Shown in pieces: positions 55,626-62,799 of a stretch of DNA of 62,799 bases; within the stretch, counting starts at the first letter, position 1, and each line of letters begins with the position of its first letter. Under the pieces are notes generated by a model. That model worked only from the letters and a program-made list of their open reading frames with translations, made no database searches and was not told where the DNA came from. Source of the stretch: an uncultured Myxococcales bacterium (GTDB taxonomy: Bacteria; Myxococcota_A; UBA9042); assembly GCA_903850505.1 (NCBI GenBank), contig CAINLT010000295.1, positions 1 through 62,799 of the forward strand. Direction: 5' to 3'. The position numbers and the translations under genes are program-made.

Positions 55626-57242
55626 ATGAAGTCGATGCCTTGGGGTTTGTCGGTGGCGCACGTTCCTGCGGATCGTTCCGGCCGGTGGCTGGCGGGGGGT
55701 GTCATCGCCTTGGCGTTGTTGCTCAACAGCTGCACATCGTCCAGCGCGGACGGCGGGTCAGGTTCGGGCCAGACGGCCACCGCGCTCACGGGCGTGACCA
55801 ACGCGAGCGTCAGTTTTGTGTTCTTTGATGAGAACGGCGTGCAGTTGAACAGCACTGGCGTGACCCAGCGGATGACCAACAGCGTTGGCGCGAGCATCCT
55901 GAGCTCCGGCACGTTTGATCTGGACACGCTCAAGGCCTTGACGCTCAACACGAGCTCGATGACGTCGGACGGCACGTGGACGACGCCGTTCGCGCAACTC
56001 GATACGATTCCGCATCAGGGCTTGATGGTGCACTGGGACACGGCGGACACCGGCTATTCAACGTTTCTCATCGACAACGACGGTGCGGGCTTCAGCGCGC
56101 CCGGGACTTACGTCTTCAATGAGCGCGCGGCGCTGGATGCGCGGCGGCACTACCTCACGTCGGTGAACGCCCGGCCGAATTACACGCCGTCGAGCACTTT
56201 CGTCGCGCAGCGGCAGGCCATCGACGCGTGTTTTGTCCAGCTCGCCGCGGCCACGACGCAGTCGAGCAAGGGCGCGCTGGGGCAGCAATGCCTGAACCTG
56301 CTCGCGCTCAGTATGTCGACGATGATGCGCGAATACGGCAAGCAGATCGCCCTGACGATGCCCGACGACCACGCGTTCTGGGGCGTGACAATCAACCCCG
56401 GCGAGAGCGGCGGCATCGACACGGACTACGCCAAGCTGCAGGACCTCGTTGCCCTCTTTGCGCCGCAGCACCGCTGGGTGCGCATGGTGATGGGCGGCAC
56501 AGGCAGCGACAATTTCGCGCTGTTGACGACGCTGGCCGCGTGGGCGGAAACCAACCAGATTCAAACGCTTGGCCAGTTGTTCGACAGCTCTGCGCAAGCC
56601 TCCATCCCGCTTGCCACCTTCAAGAAACGCGTGAACAAGGCGCTCACCTACCCGGGCATCGAGAAGTTCACGGCGTGGGAGGTCGGCAACGAGGTGAACG
56701 GCGGTTGGACCGGCGCGCAGATGCCGGCGAAAATCGCGTACGCGTCGGCCGCGGTCAAGGCCAAATTCCCGGAGAAAATGGTGTGCCTGACTTTCTATTG
56801 GTACGCCATGCAGGACACGCTGACCGCGAGCCTGTTCAACTGGATTGACACCAACATGACCCAAGCGATGCGCGACAGCATCGACTGCGTGACGCTCAGC
56901 ATCTACATCGACCAGCAACCGCTGGGATTCCTGTGGGACATGGTCATGACCAAATTGTCGACGCTGTTCCCGGGCAAGAAGGTGATGGTCGGCGAGATGG
57001 GCTTCATCAACGACCCGACGGTCAAGACGTTCTTCAAGGAAGGTCCCCTCGCATGGACGGAGCCCCAGGGCGCGGCGGATTACATCAACAGCCGTTACCT
57101 CTCTGCCTTTGCGACGCCAAACGCGGTAGGCGGCGGCTTCTGGTGGTACTATGACAGCGAGATGGTCGGCAAGACCGCGAAATGGCAGGCGCTGCGGGAT
57201 ACTTATTGCAGCGTGTATCCGACGCTGTGCACGACGAACTAG
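55626..57242 (+). CDS. Exported protein with putative glycoside-hydrolase-like TIM barrel
   Basis: GGAGG RBS; LNSC lipobox-like motif; WVRMV, WEVGNEVNG, MVGEMG, GGFWWY. Confidence 0.65.
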   Translation: MKSMPWGLSVAHVPADRSGRWLAGGVIALALLLNSCTSSSADGGSGSGQTATALTGVTNASVSFVFFDENGVQLNSTGVTQRMTNSVGASILSSGTFDLDTLKALTLNTSSMTSDGTWTTPFAQLDTIPHQGLMVHWDTADTGYSTFLIDNDGAGFSAPGTYVFNERAALDARRHYLTSVNARPNYTPSSTFVAQRQAIDACFVQLAAATTQSSKGALGQQCLNLLALSMSTMMREYGKQIALTMPDDHAFWGVTINPGESGGIDTDYAKLQDLVALFAPQHRWVRMVMGGTGSDNFALLTTLAAWAETNQIQTLGQLFDSSAQASIPLATFKKRVNKALTYPGIEKFTAWEVGNEVNGGWTGAQMPAKIAYASAAVKAKFPEKMVCLTFYWYAMQDTLTASLFNWIDTNMTQAMRDSIDCVTLSIYIDQQPLGFLWDMVMTKLSTLFPGKKVMVGEMGFINDPTVKTFFKEGPLAWTEPQGAADYINSRYLSAFATPNAVGGGFWWYYDSEMVGKTAKWQALRDTYCSVYPTLCTTN

Positions 57243-57569
57243 CGATTCAGCCCACATGCCGCAGCGCCTTCCGACCTCGCTCGAGGTCTGCATTCATCCC
57301 CATCAGCACAGGACCCAAGCAATGCGCGTGGCCATGCGGCGTCGGCGGAACGTCCGGTCGCTCGTGGATCTGGAGCGCCGCCAGCCGCCTGCCCATCCAC
57401 AGCGCCAGCTACGGCTCGATGTGCGCCGCGTGTGCCGCCGCGTCGATGGCGTTGCGCTGGGACACCGCCGTCTCACGGGGCACCGGCCAGCGGTTCCTGA
57501 CTTGGTTTGGCGGGTTGTCGGGCTCCAGGACTTGACGGACCCGCCCGAGCGGCCTCGCCGGCAGGCGCG

Positions 57570-60500
57570 CTACTGGAAGACGTAGGCCGCGCCGCTTTGG
57601 GTCGCGCCGTTGGTGGCCTGATTGCCGCCGACGCCCGTGGCGCTGCTGGACTCGCCAACCGCGCCGACGACAACGGTGTTGCCCGAGATCGCCACGGACA
57701 TGCCGAATTGGTCAGAGCCTTCCGTATTCGATGCTTTCAAGTAGATCTGCTGGGTCCAGCTCGTCCCGCTGCGGCCAAATACGTACGCCGCGCCGGCATT
57801 GCCCGCGGAGCTGTCGGTTTGGTCGCCGCCGATTCCGGTCGCCTTGCTGGCCTCGCCGTAGGCACCGACGACGAGCGTTTCGCCCGCGATCGCCACGGCA
57901 TAGCCGAAGAAGGCGTTGACGTTGGACTGCGACGCCTTCACGTACGCCTGCTGGCCCCAAGCCGCGCCGCTGCGCAGGAACACGTACGCCGCGCCGCTCG
58001 AAGCAGCCGCGTTGTTCGAGCCGTTGCCGCCGACTCCGGTCGCGTTGCTGGCCTCGCCAAACGCGCCGATGACCGCCGTTTCGCCGGAGATGGCCACGGA
58101 AATGCCAAAATTGTCGCTCGCGCCGGTGTTGGACGCCTTCAGGTACGCCTGCTGGCTCCATGCCGCGCCGCTGCGCAGGAACACGTAGGCGGCCCCGGCA
58201 GCCGCTGCGCCGTTGTTGGTCTGGGTGCCGCCGACGCCCGTCGCGTTGCTCGCCTCGCCCGAAGCGCCGATGACGACCGTCTCGCCGGAAATCGCCACGG
58301 AGATGCCGAATTGGTCGTTGGCGCCGGTGTTGGAGGCTTTCACGTAGGCCTGCTGGCTCCACGCCGCGCCGCTGCGGATGAACACGTACGCCGCACCGCT
58401 GTCCGCCGCGCCGTTGTTGCTCTGGGTGCCGCCCACGCCCGTCGCGTTGCTGTCCTCGTACGGTGCGCCGACCACGACGGTGTCACCCGCGATCGCCACG
58501 GACGTGCCAAAGCCGTCGCCCGCCGCGCTGTTGGACGCCTTGAGGTACGCCTGCTGGCTCCAGACCGTGCCGCTGCGGAGGAAGACGTAGGCCGCGCCGG
58601 CGTCCACTGCCGAGTTATCCGCCTGGTTGCCATCGATTGTTGTCGCACTGCTGGCCTCCAAGTCGGCCCCGACCACGAGCGTGTCGCCGTCGATTGCGAC
58701 AGACCAGCCGAATTCGTCGCCTTCGCCGCTGTTGGACGCCTTGAGGTACGCCTGCTGGCTCCACGTCGTGCCGTTGCGGACAAAGACGTAGACCGCGCCG
58801 CTGAACAGCGCCGCGTTGCTGCTTTGGTCGCCGTTGACGCCGATGGCGCTGCTGCCCTCAAACGGCGCGCCGATCACCATCGTGTCGCCGGAGATGGCGA
58901 CGGCGTTGCCGAAGTTGTCGACCGCGCCGGTGTTGGACGCCTTGACGTACGCCTGCTGCGTCACAGCGCTGCGCGTCACGGAGAGCGTGAACGTCAGGTC
59001 GCTCTTGCCCGCCGCACTGGCGACAACCGTCAGCGTGTTGACGCCCAGGTTCAGCGCGATGGCCGCCGACGCCACGCCAGCGGTCAGTGGCGCGCCATTC
59101 AACTTCAACGTCACGCCGGGCGAGGCGGACACCAGCACGCTGACGTCCTGCACGCTGAGCGGGAAACTGACCGCGTAGCTCGATTTGGTGACCGCGAAAC
59201 CGGATAGTGGCACGCCGTTCAAGCTGATGCCCGTCACCATGGCGGCGCAGGTCGTCCCGTCGCCGACGTAGAGCGCCCCGCACGCGCACCCGGTCGCCGC
59301 GCTGCACGTGGCATTCGGGTCGCACGGGGAAACCGGTCCAGCGCACGTGGTCCCGCTGCACACGTCGCCGCTCGTGCAGCTATTGCCATCGCTGCAAGGC
59401 GTGCCGTTACCGACCGCGAGGTTCGCGCAGCCCGAAGCCAGCGAGGACTTGGACGGATCGCAAGTGTCGTTGGTACACGAATTGGCGTCGGCGCACGCGG
59501 CGTGGTTGGGCGTCGCGACACAGCCGGAGCCGACCGCGCATGTGTCCACGGTGCACGTCGCGCCGTCGTTGCACGCGCTGTCCAGCGGCGTGTGGGTGCA
59601 GACGCCCGCGCCATTGCACGCGTCCGTCGTGCACGCGATGCCGTCGTCGCAGTTTGCCGCCGTGCCGACGCACAACCCGCTGGCGCACGCGTCATTCACG
59701 GTGCACGTGTTGTTGTCGGTGCACACCGCGCCGTTGTTGCCGGCCACCGCCTTGCAGCCGGTCGCCGGGTCGCACGCGTCGACGGTGCACGGATTGCCGT
59801 CGTTGCACACCAGAACCGTGCCCTTGCACGTCGTGCCCACGCAGACGTCGCCCGTCGTACACGCCGTGCCGTCGTCGCAGCCGGCGCCGCCCGCAGCGGT
59901 GTGGACGCAGCCGGTCGTCGGGCTGCAGCTGTCCGTCGTACAAGCGTTGCTGTCATTGCAGTTCAGCGCGCCGACGCCCTGGCAGCTTCCCGTCTGACAG
60001 GTGTCGCCGGTCGTGCACGCGGTGCCGTCGTCGCATGGCACGGCGTTCAGGGGCGTATGGCTGCAACCCGCGGCGCCGCACGCGTCGTCGCTGCACGGAT
60101 TGGCGTCCACGCAGTCGCTCGGGGTCGGCGTGCCGCTGCAGATGCCGTTGCCGCAGACATCGCCGTGCGTGCACGCAATCCCGTCGTCGCAGACATTCTG
60201 ATTGGCGAGGTGCACGCAGCCCGTTGCGGAATTGCAGCTGTCCGTTGTGCAGCCGTTGCCGTCATCGCAGCTGAGCGCCGTGCCCTGGCAGTGGCTCACG
60301 GTGGCGGTGGTGCACGCGTCGCCCGTCGTGCACGCGCTGCCGTCGTCGCAGGTGCCCGCGAGGTTGGCATGCTGGCAGCCAGTGGCCAGATTGCAGGTGT
60401 CCGCCGTACACGGGTTGTTGTCGTCGCAGCCCTGGTTGCCGCCTTTGCATGAGCTGCCGGCGCACGTCTCACCCAGCGTGCACGCATTGCCGTCATCGCA

Positions 60501-61592
60501 CGCCGCAGTGACAGCGACCGGGATGTGGACGCAGCCCGAGCCGTCGTCGCAACTGTCAACGGTGCACACGTTGCCGTCGTCGCAGCCCGCGACCGCGCCA
60601 GCACACACGCCGCCCGCGCAGTGATCGCCCACGGAGCAGATCTGCCCGTCTGAACAGTTCGCGGCATTGGCGATGTAGGTGCAGCCCGCCACCGGGTCGC
60701 AGCCGTCGTCGCTGCATACGTTGCCGTCGTCGCAGGCGATCACCGCGCCCACACAGCCGCCCTGCGCGCAGTGGTCGCCGTTGGTACACGCGTCGCCGTC
60801 CGAGCACGTCAGGCTGTTCGCCGCGTGCAGGCAGCCGACCGCCGGCAAGCAACTGTCGGTCGTGCACGGGTTGCCGTCGTCGCAGCTGAGCGTCGTGCCC
60901 ACGCAAGTGCCCGCGGCGCAGTGGTCGCCAATGGTGCAGGCGCTGCCGTCCTCGCAAACCGTGCCGTTCGCGGTGTGCTTGCAACCGACCGCCGGGTCGC
61001 ACGTGTCGGTGGTGCACGGGTCACCGTCATCGCATGCCGCGGACGAGGCACAGCCGCCGTCAACCTCCGTGGCATCCACGTCCTCGCCGGCGTCCGCGCT
61101 CGCGTCGCTGCCGGCATCCGCGTCGCCTGCCACGTCCGCGTCTTTGCCAACATCCGCATCGACCTTCGCGTCCGTACCGCCACCCGAGTCTGTGTCCACG
61201 CTTGCGTCCGTGCCGATGTCCGCGTCTGCATCTGCGCCGACATCCGTGCCCACGCTGATGTCAGTGGCATCGACGAGGTCAGCATCGTGGCCAGCGTCCG
61301 CGTCATGACCTGCGTCGCCGTTGACGCCTGTATCGTCGATGGCGTCCGTACCGCCGCTGTCCGGGACGTCCACATCGTCCAGGGCGTCGACCGGATCGAC
61401 CAGGTCAACCGCAACGTCCGCAGCATCGGCGACTGCATCGTCCAAGGCGGCGTCGCTGGAACCCGAGATGTCCTGTCCGGTGACATCATCGCCGCTGCTC
61501 CCGACGCCCTTTGTTCCGCAGCCGACGGTCAAGCTGGCGATGAACAGGAGACCGGCGCAAGAACCAAGCACGCTGCGGTACACGATGCACAT
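57570..61592 (-). CDS. Large surface lipoprotein: acidic linker, Cys-rich CDDGNPCT repeats, EGF-like, cadherin-like and 7x FG-GAP propeller
   Basis: TVGC lipobox, GGAG RBS; more than 20 CxDGxxCT units; CDPNATC..CAC..YVGDG; seven QQAYxKASN..DxFG repeats. Confidence 0.87.
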   Translation of the reverse strand: MCIVYRSVLGSCAGLLFIASLTVGCGTKGVGSSGDDVTGQDISGSSDAALDDAVADAADVAVDLVDPVDALDDVDVPDSGGTDAIDDTGVNGDAGHDADAGHDADLVDATDISVGTDVGADADADIGTDASVDTDSGGGTDAKVDADVGKDADVAGDADAGSDASADAGEDVDATEVDGGCASSAACDDGDPCTTDTCDPAVGCKHTANGTVCEDGSACTIGDHCAAGTCVGTTLSCDDGNPCTTDSCLPAVGCLHAANSLTCSDGDACTNGDHCAQGGCVGAVIACDDGNVCSDDGCDPVAGCTYIANAANCSDGQICSVGDHCAGGVCAGAVAGCDDGNVCTVDSCDDGSGCVHIPVAVTAACDDGNACTLGETCAGSSCKGGNQGCDDNNPCTADTCNLATGCQHANLAGTCDDGSACTTGDACTTATVSHCQGTALSCDDGNGCTTDSCNSATGCVHLANQNVCDDGIACTHGDVCGNGICSGTPTPSDCVDANPCSDDACGAAGCSHTPLNAVPCDDGTACTTGDTCQTGSCQGVGALNCNDSNACTTDSCSPTTGCVHTAAGGAGCDDGTACTTGDVCVGTTCKGTVLVCNDGNPCTVDACDPATGCKAVAGNNGAVCTDNNTCTVNDACASGLCVGTAANCDDGIACTTDACNGAGVCTHTPLDSACNDGATCTVDTCAVGSGCVATPNHAACADANSCTNDTCDPSKSSLASGCANLAVGNGTPCSDGNSCTSGDVCSGTTCAGPVSPCDPNATCSAATGCACGALYVGDGTTCAAMVTGISLNGVPLSGFAVTKSSYAVSFPLSVQDVSVLVSASPGVTLKLNGAPLTAGVASAAIALNLGVNTLTVVASAAGKSDLTFTLSVTRSAVTQQAYVKASNTGAVDNFGNAVAISGDTMVIGAPFEGSSAIGVNGDQSSNAALFSGAVYVFVRNGTTWSQQAYLKASNSGEGDEFGWSVAIDGDTLVVGADLEASSATTIDGNQADNSAVDAGAAYVFLRSGTVWSQQAYLKASNSAAGDGFGTSVAIAGDTVVVGAPYEDSNATGVGGTQSNNGAADSGAAYVFIRSGAAWSQQAYVKASNTGANDQFGISVAISGETVVIGASGEASNATGVGGTQTNNGAAAAGAAYVFLRSGAAWSQQAYLKASNTGASDNFGISVAISGETAVIGAFGEASNATGVGGNGSNNAAASSGAAYVFLRSGAAWGQQAYVKASQSNVNAFFGYAVAIAGETLVVGAYGEASKATGIGGDQTDSSAGNAGAAYVFGRSGTSWTQQIYLKASNTEGSDQFGMSVAISGNTVVVGAVGESSSATGVGGNQATNGATQSGAAYVFQ
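57573..58965 (-). repeat. Seven 201-bp (67-aa) intragenic FG-GAP repeats
   Basis: CACGTA anchor recurs at 57981, 58182 and 58383 (period 201). Confidence 0.8.
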
Positions 61593-61860
61593 GGGAACTC
61601 CAGAAGCGCGCAGATGCTGCGCGGCACGGGGCCACTCACGGTCCAGGCCACAGAATAGGTGCGCGTCACCGCCCGCCAAGTGGCTATCGGTCCGCGCGGG
61701 ATTCTTTGTTTGGGGGCCGAGGTGGGTACGCAGCGGCAGGGTTGTCGACGGAACGCGTGGGCGCAGAATGGCGGCCAGGCGGGCATCGCGCCGCACGTGG
61801 ACGTTCACGGGCACCGCGGTCGGCGGGTACGCGGTAGTTGGAGCTGGGGGCGTCGATTTT

Positions 61861-62001
61861 GGAAGTGCGACGACCGCGCGGCACTACGCGGGGATTGCGG
61901 CCGCGACGTTGGCGCGGGTCATGGAACGGAGTGATGCGGCGGAGCAGGTCGTCGGGTCAAACGTGGTGCCGATTCGCGTGGTTGGGGGGCGGAAGGGCTA
62001 A
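61861..62001 (+). pseudogene. C-terminal remnant of a tyrosine integrase
   Basis: GSATTARHYA...NVVPIR...stop resembles the catalytic-Tyr region and NVVP tail of phage integrases; lies 565 bp from a tRNA att duplicate. Confidence 0.5.
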
Positions 62002-62023
62002 GGCTGGGTCCGAACCGGGCACA

Positions 62024-62338
62024 TCATTTGCACAAGCCAGCGGTCTCATACTTCTTGAGCCAGCCCGAACAATAGGCGTCGGCCGTGTTGTCACTGGGGC
62101 GGACCTGCATCGCACCGACGCACTCGTTGCGCTGCGGTTGAGGGAGGCCAGCGCAGCAAATGTAAAGGTCGGCGCAAGTGCCACCTTTGGCTACGGGCAC
62201 ATCACCAACCACGCTGGTGTCGGTGGCATCGTCGACGGTCTCACCTGCCCCGACATCGCTTTCACCACTGGCCGAGGAAACAGTGCTGCCACAGCCGGTG
62301 AGCGCAACAGCTACGACGAGTCTCCAGGTAATCTTCAT
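62024..62338 (-). CDS. Small Cys-rich lipoprotein
   Basis: LTGC lipobox; TCADLYICC..C..C..C motif. Confidence 0.65.
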   Translation of the reverse strand: MKITWRLVVAVALTGCGSTVSSASGESDVGAGETVDDATDTSVVGDVPVAKGGTCADLYICCAGLPQPQRNECVGAMQVRPSDNTADAYCSGWLKKYETAGLCK

Positions 62339-62565
62339 GTCAACCCCATGGACTACTCTGGGCGGTCGCAAGCTCTTGGACTTCTTGCGAGCTTGACGGA
62401 TCCCGCGACCGCCGATGACCTCGAAACCCGAGAATCAGCAGCCCATCTCTGGAACCGCCGAACTTCACGCCGCTTTCCCGCGCAACCCTCGCCCGCGGGA
62501 CGTCCCGCGCCTGTCCCATGGCCGTTTCTGTCCCGCGGCATGCCGCGCAAGTCATTGATTTCTTA

Positions 62566-62595
62566 GAGCCAACACTCGGACTTGAACCGAGGACC
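62566..62595 (-). mobile_element. att-like duplicate of the tRNA-Thr 3' end
   Basis: GAGCCAACACTCGGACTTGAACCGAGGACC is identical to 62723-62752. Confidence 0.85.
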
Positions 62596-62720
62596 GGCAA
62601 GCGCCCGTCCAGAGCGCGCGGCAGCACCGCGACGGACGCCTCAGGCATACGCTCGCGTCACCCAGCGGCGTAATCAGCAGGGCTTGAGCACGCCCACAAT
62701 CTCTGTCTCATCTATGAATC

Positions 62721-62796
62721 TGGAGCCAACACTCGGACTTGAACCGAGGACCTGCTGATTACGAATCAGCTGCTCTACCAACTGAGCTATGTTGGC
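62721..62796 (-). tRNA. tRNA-Thr (CGT)
   Basis: Reverse complement GCCAACATAGCTCAGTTGGTAGAGCAGCTGATTCGTAATCAGCAGGTCCTCGGTTCAAGTCCGAGTGTTGGCTCCA: 76 nt cloverleaf, anticodon loop TTCGTAA, encoded CCA. Confidence 0.97.
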
Positions 62797-62799
62797 AAC

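Noticed and set aside
57247-57530. Minus-strand frame interrupted by one TAG at 57409-57411 (pseudogene or readthrough?)
   Set aside because: No recognisable protein motif, start codon context or recoding signal.
57573-61050. Regular repeats as a possible CRISPR array or non-coding repeat array
   Set aside because: The repeats are in-frame protein repeats (FG-GAP, Cys-rich) with no unique spacers, and no cas genes are present.
61593-61800. Riboswitch in the long leader of the adhesin gene
   Set aside because: No recognisable c-di-GMP, cobalamin or other aptamer consensus by eye; a covariance-model search would be needed.
61839-61850. TGGAGCTGGGGG resembling the reverse complement of a tmRNA 3' end/att core
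   Set aside because: Only 12 bp, and the following T-arm sequence does not match; may be chance.

Overview
High-GC bacterial window that looks Myxococcota/deltaproteobacterial by inference (Tgl-like lipoprotein, MopE-type and CDDGNPCT Cys-rich repeat proteins, TPR-PEGA protein). Left to right it contains: (1) a nitrogenase-like system, with a 5'-truncated NifH-family Fe protein convergent on a very divergent NifD/NifK-fold pair. The pair's 3+1 cysteine pattern and lost FeMo-co Cys resemble tetrapyrrole reductases (COR/DPOR), not N2-fixing nitrogenase; this is the strongest candidate for an undescribed system. (2) Exported and lipoprotein genes (DUF3160, GH1, MopE-repeat, RoxA-like di-heme cytochrome). 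(3) speE-phoB-phoR, 2-oxoacid dehydrogenase E1beta-E2, and an ECF sigma/anti-sigma locus. (4) A putative phosphate-scavenging operon. (5) A dcw cluster (mraZ to ftsZ) that lacks murD/murC/murB/ddl, carries a tgl/pilF-like gene between ftsL and ftsI, and has a long inverted repeat before ftsL. (6) A MerR-HTH/vWA pair, a sigma54-driven exported protein and a 1340-aa Cys-repeat/FG-GAP surface protein. (7) tRNA-Thr(CGT) with a 30-bp duplicated 3' end and a tyrosine-integrase C-terminal remnant, read as a decayed integrative element. All calls come from motif recognition by eye; no database searches were run.
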